Positions 17,961 to 27,682 of a stretch of DNA of 64,000 bases are shown here, in pieces (positions within the stretch are counted from its first letter, which is position 1; each line of letters starts with the position of its first letter). The DNA lies in contig JAWODC010000044.1 in NCBI GenBank assembly GCA_046483495.1, positions 64,001 through 128,000 on the forward strand. Reading direction: 5' to 3'. A program made the translations under genes and the position numbers. The notes under the pieces are model-generated. The model was not told the origin of the DNA. It made no database searches and worked only from the letters and a program-made list of their open reading frames with translations. The DNA is from Desulfobacterales bacterium (lineage in GTDB: Bacteria > Desulfobacterota > Desulfobacteria > Desulfobacterales > UBA5616).

Positions 17961-17995
17961 ATTGACAAAAAGTAATATATAGGAAATTGTATTAA
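17961..17995 (+). promoter_or_regulatory. Putative sigma70 promoter for the CNNM/CorC gene
   Basis: Perfect TTGACA at 17961 in an AT-rich divergent intergenic region; the -10 is not clearly defined. Confidence 0.4.
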
Positions 17996-18234
17996 CGGAA
18001 TATTTTTAATATTCAGAAAATACATCTGAAAGCCGGTTCATTGGAAGACCCGCACTTATACAGTTTAAACCGCTACGCAATCGATCGTCTTCATGGTTTG
18101 GAAATCATGAATGGTGATGGCGGTCGATGCTTCTTGTCCCAACATAATCCACTGGTCGTTCAGCTTGCCTCTCCTTTATCACATCGATTGAAAAACACCA
18201 AAAAATTTATTCTGGCCTTTTCCGGAGGCCCTGT

Positions 18235-19497
18235 ATGGTAACCGGTCAGTTGTTGATATTGGTGCTGCTCCTGATGCTTTCGGGCGTCTTCTCATCCGCG
18301 GAAACCGCTCTGTTTTCCATCAGCAAAACAAAAGCGCGGCATATGGCCAAGTCGGGATTAAAAACCTTTACCTTGATTCACGAGATGAAGCAAAATCCGC
18401 ATAAGCTGCTTACTACCATCCTTATCGGCAACAACCTAGTGAATATCGGGGCTTCGGCGCTGGCGACATCGATAACGATACAACTGATCCCCAACTATGC
18501 CGTCGGGATGGCCACCGGCATCATGACGCTGCTCATTCTGGTATTCGGTGAAGTTTTCCCGAAATCGATCGCCACCCGCAATAACATACTGATTTCAAAA
18601 ATCCTGATATATCCCATATTCTGGATGTCCATCGTCTTTTTACCGCTTATTTTCATGCTGAACTTCATTCCGAAAATTACCGGTAAAATCAAAAAAACGC
18701 CGTCTGTAACCGAAGAAGAGCTCATGACGTTTGTCGAAGTTGTGGAGGAAGAAGGCGAAATCAACGAACAGGAAGTGGAGCTCATCTACAATATTTTTGA
18801 GTTGAATGATACGACCGCTTCCGAAATCATGACTCCGCGGGCGGACATGTTCGTCATCGGGGTGAATCAAAAGCCGGACCTCGGCGCCATCCTGAAATCG
18901 GGATTCACCCGGATACCGGTAATCGAGGAGGATATCGACCATGTGATCGGCATCGTGAACATCAAAGACCTCTTTGCTTTTTATATTGCCTCGGGAAGCG
19001 ATATCGATATCCGTAATATCATGACCCCCCCCTACTTCGTTCCTGAAAATAAGAAGCTGGATACGCTTCTGCAGCATTTTAAACGACGAAAAAATCACAT
19101 CGCCATTGTGGTGGATGAACATGGCGGGGTTTCCGGGTTAATCACCTTAGAAGATGCGATCGAGGAACTTGTGGGTGAAATCGTGGATGAAACCGACAAG
19201 GAAGAACCCCTGATTCAATCGGCGGCTGAAGATGAGTGGATCGTTCTTGGGAAGACCGAAATAGAGGAAGTCAATGACCAGTTGAAAATGGCGATCCCCG
19301 ATTCAGACCGGTATGATACATTTTCAGGCTTCATTTTAGATTATATCGACCGAATTCCCAATGAAAATGACGAAATAAGCCTTGAGGATTTTCGGGTTAC
19401 CGTTTTGGAGAAGGAAGGCAACCGCATCAACAAGTACATCGTCAAGAAAACCCGGTCTGCGGAGACTGCGGTTGCCGAAAGCAAGGCTCAGGGATAG
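18235..19497 (+). CDS. Hemolysin-family CNNM/CorC transporter-associated protein (DUF21 + CBS pair + CorC)
   Basis: FSSAETALFS, ILIGNNLVN, FGEVFPKSIA, IMTPR, VVDEHGGVSGLITLED. Confidence 0.92.
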   Translation: MVTGQLLILVLLLMLSGVFSSAETALFSISKTKARHMAKSGLKTFTLIHEMKQNPHKLLTTILIGNNLVNIGASALATSITIQLIPNYAVGMATGIMTLLILVFGEVFPKSIATRNNILISKILIYPIFWMSIVFLPLIFMLNFIPKITGKIKKTPSVTEEELMTFVEVVEEEGEINEQEVELIYNIFELNDTTASEIMTPRADMFVIGVNQKPDLGAILKSGFTRIPVIEEDIDHVIGIVNIKDLFAFYIASGSDIDIRNIMTPPYFVPENKKLDTLLQHFKRRKNHIAIVVDEHGGVSGLITLEDAIEELVGEIVDETDKEEPLIQSAAEDEWIVLGKTEIEEVNDQLKMAIPDSDRYDTFSGFILDYIDRIPNENDEISLEDFRVTVLEKEGNRINKYIVKKTRSAETAVAESKAQG

Positions 19498-19538
19498 CGT
19501 CTGCAATTTTCGAAAATCCGCGTTCTCTCCCCCTTCAC

Positions 19539-20873
19539 TTATATATTGCCGTCAAAGAAACGGGTAGCGAACAGCCGCTTCTGATAGTCCAGGTATGCAT
19601 CGATCGTCATTTCAGGCGTGAATCGGCGGATGATATTCAGGGCGGTCTCGGCATTCCCGAAGAAAAGATCGATTGCGGTCATGGCCAGCAATTTGGCGGC
19701 GGTCACATAGACCAGCTCTTTATCCATAATCGCGAAATCCGCGCCGTGGCCTGTTCCGGTGATTCCGCCGACGGCAGGATGAAGGGCCGGCATCAGGTGT
19801 GATATATCCCCCATATCCGTGGATCCCGCACCATGGCCGACTTGTGCAAATTCGTTTTCCCCCAAAAGCGAAAAGGCATTGCGCTTGAATACTTCCGCCA
19901 AACCGGAATTGTTGATCAGCGGCATGTAGCCTGGAATGGTTTGAATTTCTACGCCGGCGCCGACTGCGGCTGCACCGGCTTTCAGTGCCCGATCCACCTT
20001 TTTTTCCGCGTCGGCAATAACGGCATTGGTGCGGCCACGAATAAACGTTTCCAGACATACCTCCGATGGCACGACATTTACGAGAGATCCGCCTTTGGTA
20101 ATGATGGGATGAATTCGAACGGCGTCCCGATCCCGGAACGTTTCCCGTTGCGCGTGTATAGCGGAAAGCGCGATCTGTGCGGCGTTCAGTGCATTGATGC
20201 CGTGGTGGGGGGCATTGCCGGCATGGGCGGCTTTGCCGATAAACCGAACCCGCTTTACGATACAGCCGTTGGACGATGTCCCAAGGATAACTTTTTCCGA
20301 GTCCTTTCGGGTATGGCCATGGACCATCATCGCCATGTGGATGTCGGTAAAGCATCCCATTCGAATCAATTCCTGCTTCCCGGCCGGCAGTCCGATCTTT
20401 CCGCTTTCGATCAAGCCCATTCGGTAATCGATTTCGACAAGCTCTTCCGCGGGCACGGCAAAAAAAACCAGGTTTCCGGAGATATGGTCCTCTATTCGGC
20501 AGGCCTTCAAGCCGATCATGGCACCGAGCATAGCGGCGATTTGCCCGTTATGGCCGCATGCGTGAGCCGCTCCGGTTTTCTTATCCGCCATGGGATGTTC
20601 ATCGACCCGCACGGCATCGAGTTCGCCCAAGATCCCAAGCGACGGCCCGGGGCCTCGGCCTTGAATGTCTCCCCTGACACCGGTGACGGCCAGTCCGGTC
20701 CGGTAAGCGACATCACGGGATGCCATCACCTGCGCCGCCAAGGCAGCAGTCTTATACTCTTTAAAACCCATTTCCGGCTGACTCAGGATGGCATCCCCGA
20801 TCGCTATGATTTCATCGGCGGCTTCGTCGATCGCCGCACAGACGCTTATTTTCAGTTCATCCCGGGTGGCCAT
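19539..20873 (-). CDS. M20 family amidohydrolase (AbgB/ACY1L2-like)
   Basis: PEMGFKE, ELDA, HACGHN, PAEE, GKAAHAG, GSTDMGDIS. Confidence 0.88.
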   Translation of the reverse strand: MATRDELKISVCAAIDEAADEIIAIGDAILSQPEMGFKEYKTAALAAQVMASRDVAYRTGLAVTGVRGDIQGRGPGPSLGILGELDAVRVDEHPMADKKTGAAHACGHNGQIAAMLGAMIGLKACRIEDHISGNLVFFAVPAEELVEIDYRMGLIESGKIGLPAGKQELIRMGCFTDIHMAMMVHGHTRKDSEKVILGTSSNGCIVKRVRFIGKAAHAGNAPHHGINALNAAQIALSAIHAQRETFRDRDAVRIHPIITKGGSLVNVVPSEVCLETFIRGRTNAVIADAEKKVDRALKAGAAAVGAGVEIQTIPGYMPLINNSGLAEVFKRNAFSLLGENEFAQVGHGAGSTDMGDISHLMPALHPAVGGITGTGHGADFAIMDKELVYVTAAKLLAMTAIDLFFGNAETALNIIRRFTPEMTIDAYLDYQKRLFATRFFDGNI

Positions 20874-20900
20874 CGAAAGCCTTTCAGCTTAAAGTGGGCA

Positions 20901-21461
20901 TCATTTCACACGTTCGACATACATGCCGGTGCGGGTGTCGATGCGGATCATTTCACCCTCTTCAATAAAAGGGGGCACCTGAATGACCACACCCGTTTCC
21001 ATCGTGGCCGGTTTCGTGTCCCCGGATGCCGTGTCGCCCTTTACCCATGGATCGGCTTTTTCCACTTTGAGATCGACGAAATAAGGCAAAGTGATTTCAA
21101 TAGGCTTGTCTTCGAAAAGCAGCACTGTGCAGACCGTATTCTCCTTCAACAACCCCTTGGCCTCCCCGACCTGATCCGGCGTCATCATCTCCTGTTCGTA
21201 CGTCGAGGTGTTCATGAAACAGTAATTCTCCCCGTCGTTATACAGGTACTCCATTTCGACTTCTTCGAGATTCGCCTCGTTGAACTTATCGCCCGATCGA
21301 AATGTCCGCTCGAATTGAGCACCGGTCAGCATGTTCTTCAGTTTGCATTTGTAAAGGGCCTGGCCCTTACCGGGTTTGACGAAATCGAATTGGTTGATGA
21401 TATACGGTTCGCCGTCCATTTCGAATTTTAAGCCTTTTCTTAAATCACTGGCTTCATACAT
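20901..21461 (-). CDS. efp: Translation elongation factor P
   Basis: VKPGKG loop, YLYND, KGDT, KPATMETG, VPPFI, IDTRTG. Confidence 0.97.
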   Translation of the reverse strand: MYEASDLRKGLKFEMDGEPYIINQFDFVKPGKGQALYKCKLKNMLTGAQFERTFRSGDKFNEANLEEVEMEYLYNDGENYCFMNTSTYEQEMMTPDQVGEAKGLLKENTVCTVLLFEDKPIEITLPYFVDLKVEKADPWVKGDTASGDTKPATMETGVVIQVPPFIEEGEMIRIDTRTGMYVERVK

Positions 21462-21478
21462 GACAATATGGTCCTCCT

Positions 21479-22336
21479 CTAAATCGTATTTCGGGTAGGC
21501 ATCTCTTGCACAGCGCGCCGGACTTCTGAAACAAGATGTCGAACCTTCTCCGGATCTTTTTTAAACCGGATGACGTTGCCCCGAACATCGAAGGCGTTGG
21601 TGCGGGTGCAACTGTCCACACCCGCAGGCTGAACGCTCATCACCGCTTCGTACACATTTTCCGGTGAAATCCCCCCTGCCAGAATTACAGGGATACGGCT
21701 TTCTTTTGCCAACTCGGCCGCTTTCTCCCAGTCGCACGTTTCACCGGTTATGCCGACGAATCCATTTTCAGGCTGGACGGCTGATGTGGTTTCGTTATCC
21801 GGCAGTCGAAACGTGTCGATCAAAAAACAGTCACTTACGGGCTCAAACATCCGCATCCATTCGAGGCTCGGAATATGTCGACCCTTTCCGCGCGGAGCAA
21901 CCGGAATGGTCCTCATGATTATAATTTCCGGAAATCGCCTTCTAAAGCCCTCCTGAAGAGACATGATCCGGCCGATGCGATCGGAAGTATGATGATTTTC
22001 CGCATCCGTGAGGGTTTCACAGAAGTGAAGAATATCCGGTGCATAATAGTCCGCTGACCGGAAAACCGCATCCGCATCATCGAACAGGGGTATCATGCTG
22101 TTCTTTACCCCGGTATTTTCACAGATCCGGATCGCCTTCCGTATATCCCGGTTTTTCCATGAATCTGCCGACAACAGAACGCTCCCCAGCCGGTTGACCC
22201 CCAGTTCGATCATGGCTTCCGCTTCACCCGGCGTCTGAATCTCATATATCTGCACAAGTACGCCATGTGAGAATGAATCAGCGGCTTTCCCCGATATTTC
22301 GGCCTTATCATCAACGACTACGTCCACGGTCTTCAC
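21479..22336 (-). CDS. Phosphoribosylanthranilate isomerase-like TIM-barrel protein (divergent TrpF homolog)
   Basis: LIDT, GITGETCDW, PVILAGGISPENV, PAGVDS, KKDPEKV; N-terminal VQIYEI replaces the usual KICGI. Start codon uncertain. Confidence 0.72.
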   Translation of the reverse strand: MKTVDVVVDDKAEISGKAADSFSHGVLVQIYEIQTPGEAEAMIELGVNRLGSVLLSADSWKNRDIRKAIRICENTGVKNSMIPLFDDADAVFRSADYYAPDILHFCETLTDAENHHTSDRIGRIMSLQEGFRRRFPEIIIMRTIPVAPRGKGRHIPSLEWMRMFEPVSDCFLIDTFRLPDNETTSAVQPENGFVGITGETCDWEKAAELAKESRIPVILAGGISPENVYEAVMSVQPAGVDSCTRTNAFDVRGNVIRFKKDPEKVRHLVSEVRRAVQEMPTRNTI

Positions 22337-22374
22337 GGCTCCTTTCCGTACGGCGTTCGTCCCATAAAATAAAG

Positions 22375-22414
22375 TTGACTTTTCGCCTTGTCTCTAACAT
22401 ATTTCAATATGTTA
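22375..22414 (+). promoter_or_regulatory. Putative guaA promoter with overlapping 20-bp palindrome
   Basis: TTGACT (22375)-N17-CATATT; TAACATATT-TC-AATATGTTA at 22395-22414. Confidence 0.5.
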
Positions 22415-22488
22415 AGGCAATCGGTTTCAACCCGTACTCAAATCATGCACCAACTACTGACCACGGAAAATGGGGATAGCAGGCGACA

Positions 22489-24018
22489 ATGATATTGGTT
22501 ATCGACTTCGGATCTCAATACAATCAGCTCATCGCTCGGCGGGTCAGAGAGTGCCGGGTCTTTTGTAAAATCGTTCCCCCGGAGATATCCATCGACACGA
22601 TTCGGACGATGAAGCCCGAGGGGATTATTCTGTCAGGCGGACCATCGAGCATATACGAAGAAAACAGCCCTAAAATCGATACGGCCGTATTTGACCTGTG
22701 CATTCCCATTCTCGGGATCTGCTACGGAATGCACTTCATGGTCGATGCATTAGGCGGTATCGTGAAAAGGGCGAAAAAAAGAGAATACGGATTTGCAAAA
22801 CTTCACCTGCAAAAACAGGACCCCCTCTTTAAGGGGATCGATTCCCCGGTTACCTGCTGGATGAGCCACGGCGATTCCATCGAAAAACTCCCCAAGGGGT
22901 TCACGGAAACCGCCCGTACGGACAATACGCCCGTTGCCGCCGCCCAACATGAAAAAATGCGGTTTTACGCGCTTCAATTTCATCCCGAAGTGCATCACAC
23001 GATCAATGGCAAACAGATGTTGAAGCATTTTCTTTTCGATGTCTGCGGCTGCAAACCGACCTGGACGATGAAATCCTTCGCGGCTGATGCCATTCGGGAA
23101 ATACGGGAAAGCACCGGGGATAAAAAGGTGATCCTCGGGCTGAGCGGCGGAGTGGATTCATCGGTGGGAGCGGTGCTGATTCATCGTGCCATAGGAGATC
23201 GATTGACCTGTATTTTTATCGATAACGGTCTCTTGAGAAAAAACGAGGGGCAAAAACTTAAGGCGTCCTTCAAGGAGCGGCTCCATCTCAATATTCGGTA
23301 TGTCAATGCCAAAAACACATTTCTCAAGCCCCTGGCAAATGTCACGGATCCTGAGAAAAAAAGAAAAATCATCGGCAAGGTCTTTATGGATGTGTTCGAG
23401 GCGGAAGCCGCAAAAATCAAAGGCGCTGAATTTCTCGCCCAGGGCACCCTTTACCCGGATGTCATCGAATCCCGGTCGGCGTTCGGCGGCCCCACATCGA
23501 TCATCAAGAGCCACCATAACGTAGGTGGGCTTCCCAAAAAAATGAAGTTGAAGCTGGTGGAGCCCTTAAAATTCCTTTTTAAAGACGAGGTGCGCAAACT
23601 AGGCCGGACGCTGGGGCTTCCGGACGAGCTGGTATGGCGCCAGCCATTCCCCGGCCCCGGGCTGGCGGTTCGCATTATCGGCGAAATTTCTCAAAAGCGC
23701 CTCAACATCCTTCGGGAGGCGGACGATATCTTGATGGAAGAGATTAAACGAGCCGGCTATTATAAAAAATTGTGGCAGTCCTTTGCCGTTCTGCTGCCGA
23801 TAAAAAGTGTCGGTGTAATGGGGGACCAAAGAACATATGAACACATCATCGCCGTCCGCGCCGTCACCAGCCGGGACGCTATGACGGCGGATTGGGCCAG
23901 GCTGCCGCAAGCGCTTCTCGGCGCCATATCCAACCGGATCATCAACGAGGTCGCCGGCGTAAACCGGGTTGTATACGACATCAGTTCAAAACCTCCGAGC
24001 ACCATTGAATGGGAATGA
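22489..24018 (+). CDS. guaA: GMP synthase (glutamine-hydrolysing)
   Basis: DFGSQY, LGICYG, QFHPEV, SGGVDS, IKSHHNVGG, PFPGPGL, KPPSTIEWE. Confidence 0.98.
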   Translation: MILVIDFGSQYNQLIARRVRECRVFCKIVPPEISIDTIRTMKPEGIILSGGPSSIYEENSPKIDTAVFDLCIPILGICYGMHFMVDALGGIVKRAKKREYGFAKLHLQKQDPLFKGIDSPVTCWMSHGDSIEKLPKGFTETARTDNTPVAAAQHEKMRFYALQFHPEVHHTINGKQMLKHFLFDVCGCKPTWTMKSFAADAIREIRESTGDKKVILGLSGGVDSSVGAVLIHRAIGDRLTCIFIDNGLLRKNEGQKLKASFKERLHLNIRYVNAKNTFLKPLANVTDPEKKRKIIGKVFMDVFEAEAAKIKGAEFLAQGTLYPDVIESRSAFGGPTSIIKSHHNVGGLPKKMKLKLVEPLKFLFKDEVRKLGRTLGLPDELVWRQPFPGPGLAVRIIGEISQKRLNILREADDILMEEIKRAGYYKKLWQSFAVLLPIKSVGVMGDQRTYEHIIAVRAVTSRDAMTADWARLPQALLGAISNRIINEVAGVNRVVYDISSKPPSTIEWE

Positions 24019-24022
24019 CAAC

Positions 24023-24874
24023 ATGGACGAACAGGGCAGTCATAATTTCAAAATACGATTCGATATCGATGACATACAGAATGATGAGAATCACAAGTCA
24101 GGAAAGGATCCCGGCAAATCCATCCGCCGCGTGTGGACGGTCGCCGTTCTCTTGCCGTGTTTGATCGGCATCGGTCTGGCAGTTGCGTATGTGGATGTCA
24201 AGAAGCGTTTCGATGCGAACATCGATGAGCATGCCGCCGCGGTTTCGAAATCGTCCAAAGCGGTTGAAACCCAACTGGCCGCAATGTCGGCCGACTATGA
24301 GGCGTTGACCAAAAAAGTGGATGCCGCCATCTCGAGGATGACCGACATGGATGCATCCGTGAGCAAACTTGCATCCGCACAGGACGATATCGACGCATTC
24401 GAAAGCACCATATCCGAATTGCAGGGTAAAATCGCTCCGTTTGAAAAGGATATTACGGCGCTGAAGTCCGATATACCGTCTTTGAAATCGAACATCGACG
24501 CTCTGGATTCCAAATTCAAATCGAATACAGACGCGCTGCACTCGGGCATTGCAGCCGTTTCCAAAAGCATAGATAAAACAACGGCAGCCCTGACCGAGCT
24601 TCAAAAAACAGTCTCGGCCAACAGCGGCCGGTTAAAGACCGCCCAGGGCGAATTGGAGAAGCTCCAAAACAGCAAAATGGATAAACGGTCTTTTACGGCA
24701 ATGCAGGATGAGCATGAACAATACGGCCGCCTGATCGGAACATTAAACCAGGAAATCGGTACGTTAAAGTATGAATTCAAATCATTGGAGCGTCGTCTGA
24801 ATGGAATACAAGAAAACAGCGCCTCCCCTTCGGGTTCGAACGGTGAAATCATCATCGAGCAGTCAATCCCTTGA
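24023..24874 (+). CDS. Membrane-anchored coiled-coil hypothetical protein
   Basis: Single TM segment (VWTVAVLLPCLIGIGLAVAY) followed by long heptad repeats. Confidence 0.75.
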   Translation: MDEQGSHNFKIRFDIDDIQNDENHKSGKDPGKSIRRVWTVAVLLPCLIGIGLAVAYVDVKKRFDANIDEHAAAVSKSSKAVETQLAAMSADYEALTKKVDAAISRMTDMDASVSKLASAQDDIDAFESTISELQGKIAPFEKDITALKSDIPSLKSNIDALDSKFKSNTDALHSGIAAVSKSIDKTTAALTELQKTVSANSGRLKTAQGELEKLQNSKMDKRSFTAMQDEHEQYGRLIGTLNQEIGTLKYEFKSLERRLNGIQENSASPSGSNGEIIIEQSIP

Positions 24875-24880
24875 TGCGAA

Positions 24881-25633
24881 CTATTCCCCTGTTGCCGACT
24901 TTTGTTCCGATATCATTTTTTCCACCCGTTGAATATCCTGGGGCAAATCCACTTCAGGTGAATCATGCGGCGTCACCACGACCTTTATTCGATGACCATA
25001 TTCAAGGGCCCGTAACTGCTCCAGTTTTTCCACCCGTTCCAAGATTCCTTCCGGCAGGCTTCTGAACATTTCCAGAAACCTCCGGGTGTAAGCGTAAAAC
25101 CCCAAATGTTTATGGGTGTCGAATTCGAGCCCGGGATTTCTTGAAAATGGAATGGGGGACCTCGAAAAATAAAGGGCATATCCGTTCATATCGAAGGTGA
25201 CTTTTACATCCTTGGGGTTTTCGATTTCCGATTTATCGGTGGTGCGATAAGCCAGGGTGGCCATTTCGAGGCCGGGCTCCGTGAAAAACGGCGTTGTCAG
25301 ATCGTTTATACAGTCCGGATGCAGAAGCGGCTGGTCACCTTGTATGTTGATGACGATGTCGTCCATGTGCGCCCCCGCTTTCTCAGCGGCTTCCGCCACC
25401 CGGTCCGTTCCCGACCGGTTTTTGGATGATGTCAACATGGCATGCCCGCCAAACGTTTTCACCGCCGCCACAATTCTGTCATCATCAGTCGCAACGATCA
25501 CATCCGATAAGACCGGACGGGTCTGCGTCACCCGTTCATAAACCCATTGAATCATCGGTTTTCCCATGATGGCGGCAAGCGGTTTGCCTTCGAATCGGGA
25601 CGATTCGTACCGTGCCGGAATGATTGCGATCAT
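24881..25633 (-). CDS. kdsB: 3-deoxy-manno-octulosonate cytidylyltransferase
   Basis: IIPARYESSRFEGKPL, SGTDR, NIQGDQP, ALYFSRSPIP, EKLEQLRALE. Confidence 0.96.
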   Translation of the reverse strand: MIAIIPARYESSRFEGKPLAAIMGKPMIQWVYERVTQTRPVLSDVIVATDDDRIVAAVKTFGGHAMLTSSKNRSGTDRVAEAAEKAGAHMDDIVINIQGDQPLLHPDCINDLTTPFFTEPGLEMATLAYRTTDKSEIENPKDVKVTFDMNGYALYFSRSPIPFSRNPGLEFDTHKHLGFYAYTRRFLEMFRSLPEGILERVEKLEQLRALEYGHRIKVVVTPHDSPEVDLPQDIQRVEKMISEQKSATGE

Positions 25634-25793
25634 TTCAATGCCCTCGTAAGTGATGCAGCGGTTTCATCGTGAAAAACCCGATTCGAAATGACGAAGCCGC
25701 TGTTGCGGAAATGATTTGATTCTTTTCTCGAGATTATCTATGTTGCCCAAAAAACCTACTCACGCATGTTGAATCCCGAAAAGGAACGCATCT

Positions 25794-26543
25794 ATGAATC
25801 ACGACGCATTGGTCAAACTGTTGTACAGGGTCGCACAAGGGCATCTTACCGTACCGGATGCAGCCGAACGCCTGTCGAACTTGGCCGTCGAAGATATCGA
25901 TTACGCACATATAGACCATCACCGATCGCTGCGCAAGGGATTTCCAGAAGTGATATTCGGTGAAGGCAAAACAGCCGAGCAGATCATCGGCATCATGGAA
26001 AAAATTTCAATCCAGGAAAATGTCGTTTTGGTAACCCGTGTGGATGGTGACAAGGGTGAGGCGGTTCTCCGTTGTTTTCCCCAGGCCGTCTATCATTCCG
26101 ATGCCGGGATGCTGGTGCTCGAACATGAAAAACAGGCAAAAACAGGACGGGGCGAGATCGTGGTGGTCTCCGCGGGGACTTCCGACATTCCTGTTGCCAA
26201 GGAAGCTTTTCTCACAGCGGATGCCATGGGGAATTCCGTATCGACGGTTTTCGACGTCGGTGTCGCCGGAATTCACCGCTTGTTCCGACACAAATCCCTC
26301 CTGGAAAACGCCTCGGTGCTGATCGTGGTGGCGGGCATGGAAGGGGCTCTTCCCAGTGTCGTGGCCGGGCTTGTCAAGAGTCCGGTTATCGCCGTGCCCA
26401 CCAGCATTGGATACGGCGTCAGCTTTGGGGGGTTGACGGCGTTGTTTTCGATGTTGAACAGTTGCAGTTCAAACGTGGCGGTGGTAAACATCGACAATGG
26501 TTTCGGTGCCGGGTATATGGCCTCCGTGATAAACCATATCTAA
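25794..26543 (+). CDS. larB: Nickel-pincer cofactor biosynthesis carboxylase/hydrolase (PurE-like)
   Basis: DHHRSLRKGFPEVIFGEGK, AGTSDIPVA, DVGVAGIHRL, AGMEGALPS, PTSIGYG, VVNIDNGFGA. Confidence 0.92.
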   Translation: MNHDALVKLLYRVAQGHLTVPDAAERLSNLAVEDIDYAHIDHHRSLRKGFPEVIFGEGKTAEQIIGIMEKISIQENVVLVTRVDGDKGEAVLRCFPQAVYHSDAGMLVLEHEKQAKTGRGEIVVVSAGTSDIPVAKEAFLTADAMGNSVSTVFDVGVAGIHRLFRHKSLLENASVLIVVAGMEGALPSVVAGLVKSPVIAVPTSIGYGVSFGGLTALFSMLNSCSSNVAVVNIDNGFGAGYMASVINHI

Positions 26544-26555
26544 TCGAGTTAATTT

Positions 26556-26891
26556 CTATATGTTTTTGCTCCAGCCGCCGACAAGATGGAGATGCAGATG
26601 AAATATGATCTGCCCTCCCCCTCTTTCCACATTGAACAGTAGTTTGTATCCGGATTCGGCGATGCCGACCCGCCTCGCCGTTTCCTTACCCGTTTCAATC
26701 ATCTTCGAAACGATTGGGTTGTCATCCGCCGTCAAATCATTGATACTGCGAATGTGCTTTCTCGGAACGATGAGCATATGGACCGGCGCCTGGGGATGGA
26801 TATCCTTAAAAACCACGACAGTGTCGTTTTTCAGTACGTAATCCGCCGGTCTTCTGCCGCTGATGATGTCGCAAAAAATACAATCCGTCAT
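26556..26891 (-). CDS. Histidine triad (HIT/HINT) nucleotide-binding protein
   Basis: CIFC, DIHPQAPVH, FHLHLH triad; overlaps the aat stop. Confidence 0.93.
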   Translation of the reverse strand: MTDCIFCDIISGRRPADYVLKNDTVVVFKDIHPQAPVHMLIVPRKHIRSINDLTADDNPIVSKMIETGKETARRVGIAESGYKLLFNVERGGGQIIFHLHLHLVGGWSKNI

Positions 26892-27595
26892 GGCTGAAAC
26901 CTCCTCGAAGACGACGGCCGTATCCATCGCCCTTTTAGCGTGGGAGACTGCAATGACTTTTGAAGCTGCTGCAAAAAAAGCTTTCTTGGTATTTCCCGCG
27001 CCCCGAATCGTTTGAGATGGGCCGTGGGAATCTGGCAGTCGATCATACTGAAGTCAAGGGCTTTGAGAAACGCGACCAGGTGATAAAAAGCGACTTTCGA
27101 TGCATTGCTCACCCGGGTAAACATGGATTCACCGAAAAACGATCTTCCCAGTGAAACCCCGTAAAGGCCGCCGGAAAGTTGGTCATCATACCAGGCCTCC
27201 ACGCTGTGCGCGTAACCCTCCCGGTGCAGGTGGATATACGCCGTCATCATGTCGTCGGTAATCCAGGTTTGGCTGCGGGTGAATGATCGAATTTCGGCAC
27301 AGGAATGGATGACGTCTTCAAACGCCGTATCCATGGTGACGTGGAATTTTTTTTCCCTTACGATTTTCCGGAGACTCTTCGAAGGGGTGAATTCGTGCAA
27401 ATACAAAACGAGTCTCGGATCCGGAGACCACCATAAGATGGGCTCCCCTTCCATATACCAGGGGAAAATACCGTTTTCATAGGCGGCAAGCAGGCGATCC
27501 TTTTCGAGATCTCCGCCCACGGCGAGCAGCCCGCCTTCTTCGGCAAGGTAGGGCGGTGGAAATTGATGTTTATCCGACAAATAGAAAACCGGCAT
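26888..27595 (-). CDS. aat: Leucyl/phenylalanyl-tRNA--protein transferase
   Basis: GLLAVGGDL, GIFPW, WWSPDPR, TWI, AHSVEAW, FFGESMF, ASKVAF, DCQ. Confidence 0.96.
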   Translation of the reverse strand: MPVFYLSDKHQFPPPYLAEEGGLLAVGGDLEKDRLLAAYENGIFPWYMEGEPILWWSPDPRLVLYLHEFTPSKSLRKIVREKKFHVTMDTAFEDVIHSCAEIRSFTRSQTWITDDMMTAYIHLHREGYAHSVEAWYDDQLSGGLYGVSLGRSFFGESMFTRVSNASKVAFYHLVAFLKALDFSMIDCQIPTAHLKRFGAREIPRKLFLQQLQKSLQSPTLKGRWIRPSSSRRFQP

Positions 27596-27682
27596 TCAGA
27601 TATTCTTGACGATCTGCTCAACAACCGTATCGGATGCTTCGAACGTAAACGGGCGAGCTGATGAGAGAGAGACGCTTGCGGC

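Noticed and set aside
18026..18234. Fluoride or Mg2+ riboswitch, or leader peptide, upstream of the CNNM/CorC gene
   Set aside because: GGTGATGG resembles only the start of the crcB motif and the rest is absent; the 66-aa ORF has no RBS or telling composition.
19833..21431. 532-aa ORF on the + strand
   Set aside because: Antisense shadow of efp and the M20 amidohydrolase; no recognisable motifs.
24000..24030. guaA 3' end as a genomic-island integration site
   Set aside because: No integrase, att duplication or compositional shift downstream.
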